A DNA stretch of 64,000 nt, taken from the NCBI GenBank assembly GCA_015680685.1, contig MNCI01002485.1:398125-462124 (forward strand), given 5' to 3'. Positions 49,525-63,615 of this stretch are shown here, piece after piece; the stretch's first letter is position 1; each line of letters opens with the position of its first letter. The position numbers and the translations under genes are program-made. Source of the DNA: Gnetum montanum. Its lineage: Eukaryota; Plantae; Gnetophyta. A model generated the notes under the pieces. That model was not told where the DNA came from. It saw only the letters and a list, made by a program, of their open reading frames with translations, and searched no databases.

Positions 49525-50845
49525 CTAATGGCACAGATGGAAAATTTATGTTTATCATACTTTATTATTTATTCAAAAAAAATGGGTACATGGGTTAAAT
49601 ATTCAAGAATTGAATAAGGCTTCTATTTTACAAAAATACAAAATATATAGAAATTATTTCTCAAGTTATGAGGACCTATCTTATATATAATTGATCCATC
49701 TTTCATTCCATGTTCCTCTTTTAACACTTCCTTATTTATTATGGGCTCTCTACATTGAAAAATAGAAGGAATCAAAACTCCTTAAATAAGAAAATCTACT
49801 TTATTTCCCTCTTCATGAAGCATAAGGGTTATGGGCCAAAATTATCAGGTTATGAGCTAGGTGAAGGTTCCTAATTAAAATATGGGAAAGAGTTGCAAGG
49901 TCCAAGAATGCCACAAATTTTCTTGAAATCTAAATAAAATTCAAATATAAAAAGCAATTATTTATATTCTAATTATTTAATCCTTTAGTATCCAAAGATA
50001 TTACAAATTGTCTAATAAAACTAGAAAAAGTGTATTTTAATTAAGCATCTCCAAAGGCTAGGTCTCATTTACCCTTACTACTAAAGGAACTCACTAAAAG
50101 CTCTTGGAATAACCTTGCTACTATCATCAAATTAGCCTCATGATCCCAAATAAGTCACTCATGGCCAAGTCTTGGTGATAGCCTTGCTAATAACATCCTC
50201 AATGGTCAAGGAACATGTATCATTAGAAAGATAGATCTTAACTACATCTCACTACACACCACTAGACTCATCTTCTTAATACCATGATCTTGGCTAAATC
50301 CATAGCCTCATATGAACTTACAAATTAATATCCAAGGTATGAAATCCATTTAACAAACCTTGTTCTTGTGGGATGAATTCCACTAAAGAACACATCACTT
50401 CTGCATGTAGATAGGGGCATCTACAAGATTCGTAGCTCCCACTACCAACTAAGTAAAATTGGTCATAAAATATTATGATTTTATTCCAAATTTTAAAAGG
50501 TGCCCAAATTAGTCAAAAATCCATAAAAATTAATATTCCAAAAAAATTCCTGCAAAATCAAGTTTATGTCATGAGCAGATTCCAAAAACTCATAAAACAT
50601 TGAGGGAGAAGTTGGGCATGATTTTTACAATTTTTAGAACTCACCAAAAGAACAAAAAAAGGTATGAACAAGATTAAAATATTATTTTTAAAGCTCAAAA
50701 TTACAAAAATTTGGCAACATCTTAGCATATTAATTAAAATAACAAAAAAGAATGCAGTAGAGAGGAAAGATGGAGAGCCCATAGCAATATGGGGTAGCCA
50801 TGTTAAAGGAAGATTAAATAAACTTCCTTACTTGTGTTGGTAGGG
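49525..50845 (-). repeat. 5' LTR of G, middle piece
   Basis: 49810-50845 is colinear with 9346-10340, and 49530-49550 continues the homology broken at 16602. Confidence 0.85.
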
Positions 50846-51650
50846 TGATGAGCATGTGTTTGACATTGGCTATGATGTCACGTACATGATGTCAAGGTGT
50901 ATATCCCAAGGCTATAAATATCATGCCTAGGCTCCAGTTTTTGTAGTGAGTTTTGGGTCTTTCTTAGTCAGAGTAGCAAACCTCTTGCCATTTCCTTTCC
51001 TCAAAGTTAGAATATTTTTTGAGTGCCCGCAAAAGGAGTCCAAGTGTGTATAGTTCTTTGTTCAAGCACTGATGTACCTGAGTGTAGTAGTGTGACAATA
51101 ATAAAATAAACTCTTTTGACAATCCTTGAAGAACTAAGAATGGCTCAATATTTTTTAATGCATTTTACTTTCATGCTCTTTATTTTAATGCATTTGAGTT
51201 AATAACTTTATTTTTAGCAGTTAATGAACATGATCACAACCACTTCAAGCATTCATATAGTACTTGGTAATCCAACAACGCTTAAAGTTTGGTAGCCCAA
51301 TAGTGTTATATGTGTTCAGGATGTGTCTAGAAAAGTGGGATGGTTACATGTGTTAGGCTAGCTAGGCAATAGATGAACTAGATCTTTAATTACTTTACCT
51401 TTCATTCTTGTTGTAGGTGATCAAACTCATAAAATATAAAATAAGAAAAATCATATACCTCAATTACACTTAAATCATACCCTTAAACTTCACAAGTGTA
51501 GTTGGAAAGACAACGAACATTCTCAATGTCCATTTTACTTCCTAGAAGAGAGTGCATTAGATAACTATAGGTCCACAAAATTCAACTGGATTGTGTGTAA
51601 CTCCCTAGTGATTCATATGATTGGGCATAGGGGTACCTTGCTGCTCATCA
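50846..51650 (+). repeat. 5' LTR of C (805 bp)
   Basis: Direct repeat of 59914-60691 with two indels in the first 160 bp. Confidence 0.92.
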
Positions 51651-51799
51651 TTGGCATCATTTTCAAGGACCTTTTTCTTGTTTTATTTTCTATTTAGGAC
51701 CTAGTGAAAAGTATTTAAACCATTGCAATAAACCTTAGAGTCATATCTTAATTTACAATTACTACAACAAATTTGCTAACTCAAAATGTCTTCTTCTCA

Positions 51800-54700
51800 T
51801 GTGAGTGATTCTCTACCAAAGGCTAATAGAGTTAATCTGCCAAAGCCTCAATAGTATTAAATTATGTATACTCATCCTTATGAATATGTGTTGAACTTCA
51901 CCTTCATCCTACACTAGGATGAAAAGCTGGGGTGGTGTGACATGGAGGGCAACATTGTGTTGCTACCCAATCATGCCACTCCTACAATGCTCTATCAAAT
52001 GCTTGCATGATGTGATCTCCAAGACTGCCATGGGAAGTACATTGTGGAAGATGCTAACACTAGGGATTATCATCCCATTGAAGGATAATGTCTACAAGAT
52101 TGGCAACTAGAGAAATGTTATGAATTTTTGAAGGGAAAAGGACTTAATGAGTCTTCATTCCTATTGTACCAACAAACTAGTGGGGAACCCTTCTTTAGGG
52201 GTTTTTCATTTAATGAAACTCCTCTCTTTGACTTCGGTGATGGAGGTAAAAATTAGAATTACACTCCATAATTCACAATCCTAATTTTGGTAACAAGGAA
52301 TCCAATGACTAAGAAGGATCTGAAGGGGCAAGTCAAGACAGGGATGTAGACAAGAAGCACAATCATGATCGTGGTTGCGATTACCGAATAGTTAGTAGTA
52401 GGCATTGTGATAGTTTTGGTTCTCCTTCCTCTTCCCCTTTCTCATCATCTTCTTCTTCTAGCTTTGACTGTGATCCCAAAAGGTGAGACCATGATGGAGG
52501 TGATCGAAATGAACAAAATGACTAATAGGACCAAAATAACCAAAGGAACCATCAAGATAAATAAGATCAAGGGTGTAGACATTCAAGAAAGGCACATCAC
52601 CATGAATGAAGGGGTAGTATAGGTCATCATTGGCACCATGATCAAGGCCTTGATGAGCCTCTATTTTCTACTCAAATTATGCTTAACATCACAGAGGCAA
52701 TCAAAATTTCAACAAGGCATGTGAAAGATAGTTGAATCAAATGGTTAGACATAAAAAAATATTCCTCAATTTAAAGGAGGATATAACTCTAATCTATAGA
52801 ATCATCTTCAAGCTTTTCAAGATGCATGTGCCTTGCAAAACATAGAGAATAAGTGGCAAAAATTGAAGTTGTTTCCTAAGACAATTATCAAAGAAGTAGA
52901 AAACTAGTACCAGTCCTTAGAGATAAAATTTATTAGATGATGAAGTACCATTCTTGAGTTGTTCAATGATAGGTATCAAACATACTCCAAAGTATCCAAA
53001 TTAAGGAAGAAAATCCAAGGGTGTAAACAAGGAACACACTAACCCTTGAATGCACTCATTGGCCAATACTACACATTAATTTACAAATGTCCTAGCCATG
53101 GTTATTCTCAATTGATTCAACTTTTCCACATTGTAGATGGGCTTCATAATGAAATGAGTAAAAGCCTTGGTGTTTATGCCCAAGGATGATTGTCAAAACT
53201 AACTACCCATCGAATACAAAGATTAATAGAGTAAGTCACCAAAGAGAAGGGTGAACTAAGAAAAAGAGAAAGTGTAGAAGAGCACAACTGTGATCCTTCC
53301 ATTTGCAAGAGGGAGGTTTGATTCTATGATAGTGAGGATGAGTCCATATTTGATGAAGAGGTGCATAAGAAATCCTTGTCACTTCAACAATTTCAATCTG
53401 AACTTACAACCAAGGTTGATTAGTTCAGGAACTCAATGGACAATAGATTCCAAGCTGTCCTTAAAATTGCTGAGGAGTCCAAAGAATAAAGTCATGAGTG
53501 TGAGTGCAGGAGGCAAAAGGAAGCTAAACATGCATATTACAAAGGTAAGGGTAAGATTGCTACAATATAAGAGGTTGCAGATAGTGAATCAGATGATGAT
53601 CGTTGGTGTGACATCTGTTACTATGAACATCCTAAGGGATGTTTCCCTGTTGTGTAACATATATAGAAGTTTAGGGTGTATGTCTTACATCCATGACTTA
53701 CACAAAGGAAAACATCTAGAAGGCTACCTTATCCTCAAGGTAATCTTAGGTAGTTCCACTAGCAACAATTGTATTATCCAAGTGGAGCTCCACCACAACT
53801 GTATGAATACTATCAATAGTGGAAGTAACCACAATATCCTTACTGATAACTTGATCTATATGGTAGTAATATCCTTACTGATAACTTGATCTATATGGTT
53901 ACCATGTTTAGCAACCTATGTCTCTACATGACTCTTCTAGTCATGTTTCTAGTTTCTAACCTCACTACCACCCTTCAGATTATTATCGAGCTCATTCACC
54001 ACATGAAAGAATGGATACCAACTCTTATCCTTATCCTCCTCCTATCCGTACACATACTTCTCCTCTAGTTGCATAGCTACTACCTAATCCACCAATGCAA
54101 GGTGAACTACCTTTTCAAACATAACAATGAAATGCTACGAGGGCTATTAATTTGTAACCTAATCATCAATTGGAGTCAAATGCCTAATCAAAGAAAATAC
54201 CTTTCTTTTGATCTTGTAGTCCACCTCAGTCTTCACTTACACCCGTGGTTGACAACCCTACTCCTACCTCTTTCCTCATATCAAATTCCTTTGGGCCTCC
54301 TTCAAAATAAACTCTACCAAGGATCCACATCATAATGCTTACTCACACTATGTTTAATTGGATCTATGCAAGAAACCTTCCTAGAAAGTTAGCCAATCTG
54401 AGAAGTCCCCTCATTTACTTGCAGATTACTGGGAATGAACCATGCAAGGCTCTTCTCAATTCAAGTTCTAGTGTTAATTTGATTTTTCATGAGATGTACA
54501 TTGCTTGGAACCTACCTCCTCTCAAGAAGAGCAACTTAAGATTAGAATTTGTAGACCAATCCATCATTGTTCCATTGGGACTGGTAGAAGACATTGTGAT
54601 CACTGTCTATGGTTGGTCTTATCCTATATATTTTTTGGTAATCAAAGTGGAGAACTACAAAGGGTATTTACTAATCATAATGGGAATGGCATGGTTGAGC

Positions 54701-57700
54701 ATCGTTGATGCAAGAATGGGCATCAAAGATCTTTCCCTAGAGACATCTAAAGAAAATGCATTTGGAAAGATTGAGAAGGAGAGATTTTCATGCATTACGT
54801 ATAACAATATAGGTGCAATTGTGTGTAGAAAATTTGGGCCATAAAGCAAGCATCTATCTCTACATGTAAGCAATGTGCACCAAAAGCAAAAATTTAAAGG
54901 TGTCTATATGCAACAACCACAAGTGGCTGACTACTAATTTGGAAAGTAGCATACTTTGCATGGAACCAACTGAGAGCCTGACATGTGCATATGTCACAAG
55001 CATGGATGAACTAGATCAGGTTCATCACCAACTCTCTAATAACATAAATGATGATACTCACTAGGGAGAGTTTGAAATTTCCAAAAAATTCAAACAAGAA
55101 CCCTTGGAGCTAAAAATGTTACTAACTAGAATGGAATATGTATTTTTGAAAAATGGGAAGCTGATTATAATCAATGCAAAACTTGCTCTAGAATAGAAAA
55201 AGATGCTATCAAAAGTAGTTAAAAATGGTTAGCAAATTTTGCTTGGTCATATCCTAAACTCACAGGGATTGATCCTAGGATATGCCAGCATTGCATCTAC
55301 ATTAACTCAGCCATGAAGCCAAAACAACAACCATAGAGGTGATTAAATCCCAAATTGAAACAAATCATCAAGGAGCAAATTAAGAGACTCCTCAAGGCAG
55401 GGTTCATCTATCCCATTTTGGATAGTGAGTGGATTAGTCTACTCATAATTGTGCTAAAAAAAGATGGTAAGTGGCAGGTATGCATCAATTTCAAGCTACT
55501 AAACATGGCAACATTCAAGGATTACTTTCCATTATCATTTGTTAACTAAGTGATTAACACAATATCAAGGCATTGCTACTATAGTTTTCTAGATGGTTAT
55601 AGTGGCTATAACCAAATTTAAATTGCACCTAAAGACTAGGTAAAGGCAACATTCATGAATCCCTGGGGAACTTTTGAATATCACAAGATGTTGTTTGCTC
55701 TATGAAATGCTCCAGCCACGTTCCAATGCCTGGTCCTAAGCATTTTTGAACAGCAGATCAGTAGTGGTATGGAAGTCTTCATGGATGACTTTTCCACCTA
55801 TGAAACTATATTTGAGCAAGCCCTGGACCACCTTGAGTAGGTGCTAAAATGATGTGTCAAAACAAACTTGCATCACAATTGGCAAAAGATTCACCTCATG
55901 ATCTAGGAAGGCATTGTACTAGGAATTGAGGTAGACCCTAAAAAAATAAGGGTCATCCAAGGAATAACCCACCAACCAGAAATAGTTAAAGATGTTTGAT
56001 CATTCCTTGGACACANNNNNNNNNNNNNNNNNNNNNNNNNNNNNNNNNNNNNNNNNNNNNNNNNNNNNNNNNNNNNNNNNNNNNNNNNNNNNNNNNNNNN
56101 NNNNNNNNNNNNNNNNNNNNNNNNNNNNNNNNNNNNNNNNNNNNNNNNNNNNNNNNNNNNNNNNNNNNNNNNNNNNNNNNNNNNNNNNNNNNNNNNNNNN
56201 NNNNNNNNNNNNNNNNNNNNNNNNNNNNNNNNNNNNNNNNNNNNNNNNNNNNNNNNNNNNNNNNNNNNNNNNNNNNNNNNNNNNNNNNNNNNNNNNNNNN
56301 NNNNNNNNNNNNNNNNNNNNNNNNNNNNNNNNNNNNNNNNNNNNNNNNNNNNNNNNNNNNNNNNNNNNNNNNNNNNNNNNNNNNNNNNNNNNNNNNNNNN
56401 NNNNNNNNNNNNNNNNNNNNNNNNNNNNNNNNNNNNNNNNNNNNNNNNNNNNNNNNNNNNNNNNNNNNNNNNNNNNNNNATCACTTGTCTCAATTGTGAT
56501 GGAATGATAAAGAGGAAGAAAGATCACTCTCTGACATATTTCCTAATGAACTCCTCTTTGCTAGGGCTAAACCCAATGAGCCAAAATGGTATGATAACAT
56601 TCTTACCTATCTTCTCACTTAGAAGATGCCACAAGGGTTGGACCACTGCAAGAAATAGTAGTTTCTTCACTAGGTAAAGCACTTCATGGAGATTAATGGA
56701 CACCTCTACAAGGTGTGCATCGATGGCCTAGTTTATTGGTGTGTCTCTAATGCTAATCAACTACATGTTCTCCAAGATGTTCATGAAGGTTCTTGTGGAG
56801 GACACTATGCTAGGAGATGCATGGTCATTAAAATTTTGATGGCAGGGTACAATTAGCCAACACTCCTTTCCAGGATTCTTACCATTATCTCCACCCTTGT
56901 GAATGATGTCAATAATATGGTGGAATGATTGCTTGAATGGAGGAACCTCAACAATGGATTCAACCACTAGAACCATTCAACATCTGGGGCATTGAGTTCA
57001 TGGGTCCCATCACATCCATGTCAAATGGAAAGGTATACATCATAGTCATTGTTGACTATTGTATGAAATGGGTAGAAGCAGTAGCTGTCATCAACTATAC
57101 ATATTCTATGACTACTCGAGTTGTACAAAAAAACATTGTAAATAGGTTTGGTATGCCTCATGCATTAATTTCTAACAGTGGAACTCATTTTATAGGCACT
57201 ACTTTTCAGAAGCTCATGTAATGCTTAGGGGTTGAAAATAAACTCACAACACCATACCATCCTTATGCTAACAATCAAGCTAAGGTTACTAATAGGGAAA
57301 TCACAAGGATTCTAACAAGAATTGTTAGTAAGTATAGGAAGGACTAGAGCACAAAACTAAATGATGCCCTTTAGACCTATCACTCAACCTAGAAACTTCC
57401 TATAGGCTATTCTCCCTATGAGCTCGTGTACGGAAAATTACCAACACTTTCTATTCAATCTAAAGTCCATACACTTTCAATACTTATGACCTTGACCTTG
57501 ACTTAAGTCTAGCCCAAAAAGAATGACTAATGAATCTCAACCTGCTAAATGAAAACTGATTAGTAGCCCTATCATCTAACAAGTTACACAAGGCTTATAA
57601 CAAAAAGTGTCATGACCTAAAAATTAGAAAAATCAAATTTCAACTAGAAGACAAGGTTCTTTACTAAAATCCCACACACATACCTCAATGAACTAAGTTT

Positions 57701-57900
57701 CAAATGTTGTGGGAAGGACCTTATATCATTTATGAGACTTTTCCTTCTAGGACCATGATGATCTATAAACTTAAGAGCCTAAACAAGAAACATCTAGTCA
57801 ACATCCAACAAATTAAAATTTTCCATGAGCATACACCAGCAAACATAAGAAGAACCTCATCAGATGGACAATGCCACTCCATATTTCAGATCTCCTCCTT
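51800..57900 (+). pseudogene. gag-pol: Degenerate gag-PR-RT-(gap)-INT of C (N gap ~56016-56479)
   Basis: Protease KALLNSSSSVNLI; RT LLKAGFIYPILDSEWIS...KDYFPLSF...EVFMDDFS; INT HEGSCGGH...EPFNIWGIEFMGP...KWVEA...WEGPY. Confidence 0.92.
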
Positions 57901-58554
57901 TCAACTCAGTCATGGGGGAGATGGCCACTCATGCTAACCATACAAAGCAGCCCCTTAATTTTTCAATTTTTTATTTCACATTTTTTGTTTTACAACTTTT
58001 TGTTTAAAACATTCTTTACTTTACATCCTTTTTTTTTTATGTTATTAATCTTTTCTATTTTTTTTACACCATCGTTAGTACATTTGATATTTCTTGAAAA
58101 TTTTATACTTTCTTTTATATTTTCTTTTATTTGGTGTGATTTTCTAACATTTTGTTAATAAGTGCCAAGTACATTGATAATTCATTACTTGATGGTGGTA
58201 TGTACTATTTTTCTTATTTGATTATTGGTGTCTGGTTTCTAGCTTTGAATTTTATTACAGATAATTAAGACATGGTTTCTTTATCATGCAATAGGCAGTG
58301 AGTCCAAAGCATCCACCCATCCACAAAATCTATGGTTTTTCTTGTTTTGAAAATGCGTAGTTCCTTTTCTATTAATAAAAATTTAATAAATTTGTTACTT
58401 TGGTAATTTCCAGAATTGGAAAGGATTCAAAGGTTTGAATAGGATGTGGCTTCAAGGGGATTTGGTATTCTTTGTGCTTTTATGTTTGCCTAGGTGCATG
58501 TGTGTTTTCATGAATTTCTTACTATTCTGTATCATCCAATAAAAGGAAGTTGAA

Positions 58555-58790
58555 TACATCTTTACATGGTGTGGTTCTCATCAAAAAAAAAAATTTAAGA
58601 ATTCAAAGCACATCCCTTAGACAAAATAAATACATACATCCTTACATGGTATGGTTCTCATCAGAAAAAAATAACAATGAGAATCCAAAGCATACCCCTT
58701 GGACAAAATAAATGAATGTGTCTTTGCATGGTATGGTTCCCATTTCAAAAAAATACTAAGAATTCAAAGCACACCCCTTAGATAGAATAA
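58555..58790 (+). repeat. 3 x ~80-bp tandem repeat in the 3' UTR of C
   Basis: CATGGT.TGGTTC..ATC-A(n)-GAATTCAAAGCACA.CCCTTAGA occurs three times; single copy in B (~38045-38130). Confidence 0.85.
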
Positions 58791-59913
58791 ACGGGCTACA
58801 AGAATTGGTTATGGAACTAGTCTCCTCTAACTAAGGCCCTTCCTCACTTTCTATTTCTTCTCTGGTGGTTGTTCTGTGGGAGCACTCTTCTGTCTCAAGG
58901 GATAGATTAATCTTAGAATGTCAATGTGAAGTCACTAAACATGGTTAGTTTTGGTCTAGACTAAGGATGGATTCTATCAAGTCATTTAACCACAAAATCC
59001 ATAAGGGACTTCATGTGACCATAATTCAAAACTCCACTCTACTCTCTCTCTCATCCATCTATGCTTTCCATGTCTCACCTCACTACCGGTTTCATGTTTT
59101 GGTTCGATGTCCTGGTTTGATGTGTCAAAATTCTTACTTAGTTTCTTTTGGGTTTTTGTACTTAACCTTCTATAACCATTAATTATCCATGAATCCCATA
59201 GACTTTTTGGTTTGAATTTATGCCCTTGCTTTGGGGAGGACCTACTTTCATGTCTTTTTATTGGGTTAGTTAAGTTCTTTATCCTTAGACACTCTTACAA
59301 TCAAATTCTTTTTGTTCACCCCATAAATGATATCTAATTGTGCACATCCTCACAACATTTTTTAGTGAACCTTCCTTTTAATTATTTTGAAATTTTATAC
59401 CCTCTTTAACTATTTCCTTGTGTTGAGCTTTTTCCAAATTTAGTGAACCTCTTGTCTTATCTACCCTATTTGTCAACCTTCCTACTAATACTACTCAAAG
59501 AATAAATCTATCAAAGTCACAACCTAGCTAAGTATAACCATCGATGAGACAAAGCATTTAACAATTATGTGTTACACATTACATACTAATTCATTATTTT
59601 TTTGTAATTACAATGGAAAGCATGGACTAGAAGCGGAACTATCTTTACGAAGGTTGATGCAATAATACCACATAATGAGGATTGTTTGTGATCATTGGAT
59701 CTCTTCTCTCATTCTTCTGCTACCAAGAGGTGTTGGATGTCAATGTTCTCTAGGGTGTTCACTTCTCTTATTATGAACATCTAATTTTGTAAAAATTATA
59801 ATTATGTACACTTCAGCACTCAGAGTCTATTGTTTCAATTAAGTTAGTCTGTATGTCAATCAGTAATTCCATACCTACACTTGAGGATGAGTTTTCATTC
59901 AATCAGGGGGGTA

Positions 59914-60691
59914 TGATGAACATGTGTTTGACATCAGCCATGACATTGCGTATGCAATGTCAAGGTCTAGCTACAATGTTGCATATGTGACATTAGAGTG
60001 TATACCCCAAGGCTATAAACAGCACACCATTTCTTTTTCTCAGAGTTAGAATATCTTTTGAGTGCCCACATAAGGAGTCTAAGTGTGTATGGTTCTTTAC
60101 TCGAGCACTGATGTACTTGAGCATAGCAATGTGACGGGAATAAAATGAACTCTTTTAACAATCCTTGCAACACTGAGAATAACTTAAATTTTTTTAATGC
60201 ATTTTACTTTCATGCTCTTTATTTTAACACATATGAGTTAAGTAATTTATTTCTAGTAGTTAATGAACACAATCATGACCACCTCAAGCATTCATAGAGT
60301 ACTTGGTAACCCAGCAACACTTAACATTTGGTAGCTGAGTAGTGCTATATGTGTTCAAGATGTGTCTAGGAAAGTGGTGCAGTTACTTGTGTTAGGCTAG
60401 CTAGGCAATAGGTGAATTAGATCTTCAATTACTTTACCTTTCATTCTTGTTGTAGGTGATCAAAATCATAAAATATAAAATAAGAAAAATCATATACCTA
60501 AATTACACTTAAACCATACCCTTGAACTTCATAGGTGTAGTTGGAAAGACAAAAAACATTCTCAACACCCATTTCACTTCCTAGAAGAGCTAGTACATTA
60601 GATAACTATAGGTCCATGTAATTTGACCAAATTGTGTGTAACGCCTTCGTGATTTGTATGGTTTGGCATAGGGGTACCGTGCTGCTCATCA
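59914..60691 (+). repeat. 3' LTR of C (778 bp)
   Basis: Follows the PPT; ends GCTCATCA plus CAGGG. Confidence 0.92.
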
Positions 60692-60696
60692 CAGGG

Positions 60697-60987
60697 GTTC
60701 TAGAATTTTCTTGTCTTACTTTCTCATCTAATGTTGTTAATTGATTTTTTTTCTTCTTAGCCTATCGCACTCAAAACCCATTTTTAAAATATGACAAGAT
60801 GTATCTAGGGTTACTACTTATTTATAGGAAAAAAAATAAAAGAAACTAGACCCAAATTGGCTTCAAAATAAAGAAGAAATGACAAAAAATATCTTTGTGA
60901 AAAAACATGATAAAACACTGGTTTGCAAAAATGGTGGTTGCAAAATAGAACATAGAAAACAGCAATACAAAACCAATGGCTAAGAGC
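60697..60987 (-). repeat. 5' LTR of G, distal piece (truncated)
   Basis: Colinear with ~10340-10630. Confidence 0.8.
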
Positions 60988-60999
60988 TGATGAGAATTA

Positions 61000-62200
61000 G
61001 CATGTTCATCTATTAGCAGGACAAGAGCTTGAATGAGAAGCCATGCATGCTACTTCATCCAATGGAGATTCCAGAGTTGTCATGGATAACAATCTCCATG
61101 GATTTCATCATAGGACTTCCCATAGTACAAGGATATTCTAGCATCCTTGTAGTTGTAAAAACGTTCTGCAAATATGTCATATTCATTCTCAACCTACCCC
61201 TTGCATGATTGAGAATGCAGTAAATATTCTTTGGAAATGTTATTCATTACTTTGGCATGCTCTCAAGTATCATCTCTGATTACAACTCTCGATTCACAGG
61301 TAATTTTTTGCTAAAGTTGTTTTAGATGTTTGGGATAAAGCTACGAATGTTTTTCGAGTATCATCATTAAATAAATTGGTAGACATAAAGGGCTAATAGG
61401 ATTCTAGAGGAATATCTACAAAATTTTATTCAGTTTTATCAAATGAACTTGGTATCCTTACTTCCAATAGCTTAGTTTAGCTACAACATCTAGAAATTCT
61501 CAGCCACTGATTTCTCTCCAAAAGAGTTAATCTTTGGTAGGAAACCGTTAGTTCCTCAGCTAGTAGAAACCTCCCATCAAGGATTGAATCTCTTAGCTAA
61601 TAACTTCATTAATTCTTAGATAGATTGCATCAAAGTTGCTTAAGTATATCTCAAAAAATCAGTGTAGCATATGAAAAAGTATGTAGATAATAAAAGAAGG
61701 CTATTAGAGTTTGTGATTAGCAATTGGACATTGCTAAATATGGATTATGTTAGAAAAATAAGGCCAAATAAAGGAATCAAATAGAAGTTTGTTAAGATTT
61801 TTGATGGACCTTTTGATATCACTACTCAAGTCACTCTAGTTTCTTACAAATTACAACTACTAGTGTACTTACTCAAGTAGCTTCCAATGTTTCATGTGTC
61901 CATGCTTAAAAAGTTTAATCTTGGAAACAAAAATCATTCCAAACAGAGGTTAAGGGAATCTCTGAATAGTGATCCCATTAAATATTTATGGATTCACTCC
62001 ATCATCAATATGTGTAGCACAAGATGCACTCCAAACCAAAATATGGAATTTCTTATGCATTGGTACAATACGTCCTTGAAGGAAGACACATCGAAGGAAT
62101 GGAAAACCCTCCAAAATGAATATACTTTCATTGCAAATTTCTACACCAAAAACCACATTGATTTACCATTATGGATGTACATGGGTATAGAGGCAAGCAT
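61000..62200 (+). pseudogene. pol: Degenerate integrase plus chromodomain of a separate chromovirus (Galadriel/Reina-like)
   Basis: LLHPMEIPELSWITISMDFIIGLPIVQGYSSILVVV...SIISDYNSRFTGNF...FDGPF...PMFHVSMLKKF; chromodomain-like IHSIIN...EFLMHWYNTSLKEDTSKE. Confidence 0.8.
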
Positions 62201-62806
62201 AAGATGATGGGAGTTATAGTGTTGGAAGCTAGTGAAAAAAAAGAAGTCATAGTGTTGGGAGTCATCGTGACAAGTGGGGCCATCCAAGTGGATACAAGAC
62301 AAACTACTTTTTTTGAGAGGTAGAAAATGTGTCTATCCTCTTAGTTATGGAGTGTATGATATGCCACAATGGGGCTATATCCTAGAGATTTCTGCACATA
62401 CTAGTGAAAGTCTATCACTATTTATGGAGAATGACATTTCCAAGCTACATGTAGCCTTCCCTTGGATGCAGTAAATCAACTCTATGCTCTTATTTTATGA
62501 TATGAGAGAGAGGAATGACTTGCATGTCATGTGAGTACATATTACACTAGGTGGAGAGGTTGGTAGACTTTGCATGCAAAGGGGAAAACTGCTTATTCTT
62601 CAACCTAGATTATGCAAACTTCTCTAAGCCTTTGTTGAATGTTAGGATGAGTTCAACATGTTGGCCTTATGATTGACAACCTTGGCCATTAGACCTTCTT
62701 CTCAAAAATTTTCAAATGAGCTTATATAAGCTTAAGGATCCTTGATATCCATGTGGAACTCTCCACATTTGAAATAGTGTATGCTCTAAGGATGTTGCTT
62801 CTTTCA

Positions 62807-63615
62807 AGTGGGGGAGAGTGTAAGAAAACATGTCTTATATGTGGATCAAAGTTTTTTTTCCTCCAAGACAGGGACCAAAGGAGCATGGATATTCTTTTTG
62901 GTTCCATTTTGTCTTAACCATCATGATCAACAAGGAGAACTACATGGTTGTGATTCTTCGATCATCTCAAATATGTAGGTAACATGGGTTGGATAATTCA
63001 GGGGTAGTGCCACATCAATCCCTCTACTAGATTATGAGGAATATGGAGATGAGGCAATCCCTTGTAGATACATCATAACCTACTATTGATGATGTCTACA
63101 AGGGTTGATTAAGAACTTATGTATTATACTTGATGGGATATTATAGGTGCTTCTAATACTTATATATATGGTGCAATGAGTATGCCTCCCATCCACCAAT
63201 TGATGAAGATCGTGTATTATGTTGTGCATGCAGGATTAGTGAATGCTAATGTTTAATCCACCTTGAGTATGCTCTGGGTGACACACTAAATTGAAGCTCA
63301 AGGATGGTGTCGAATGATTCTTTTCCAAAGCAAGACTATTACAACAATCAAATTATGCATCATTTTATATGAAAGAATATAAAACTTATCTTTGATGAAT
63401 AATAATCCATTTTGGATAGATCTTACTTAGTTAAAACATGTAGCTTATGGTTGTATAAGTCACAAATTAGATCCCAAGAAGTTACAATAGGATGCACAAG
63501 CATTATGCAAATACTGGCTAGAGCTATCATTAAAAGAGAAAGGAGGGAAGAGTGTAAATAATCTTATAAGAACATGTAGATTATTGGAGGATATAGAGTG
63601 AAGTAAAGTGAGGGA
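62807..63615 (+). repeat. PPT (AGTGGGGGAGAG) and probable 3' LTR starting TGTAAG at 62819
   Basis: AAGGATGTTGCTTCTTTCAAGTGGGGGAGAG-TGTAAG is a typical chromovirus PPT/LTR junction. No partner LTR lies in the window. Confidence 0.5.

Larger units (their letters stand above)
50846..60691 (+). mobile_element. Athila-like element C, full length, without the env-like ORF
   Basis: LTRs 50846-51650 and 59914-60691 (TGATGA...CTCATCA); TSD TAGGG/CAGGG; PBS TGGCATCATTTTCAAGGA 51652-51669; PPT AGGGGGGTA 59905-59913. Confidence 0.93.
8754..60987 (-). mobile_element. Tekay/Del chromovirus G; outermost element of the nest (5' LTR interrupted by F and C and truncated distally)
   Basis: 3' LTR 8754-11711, PPT 11712-11725, gag-pol 16009-11740, PBS 16087-16099. 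The 5' LTR pieces 16104-16602, 49525-50845 and 60697-60987 join up colinearly with the 3' LTR. Confidence 0.8.
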
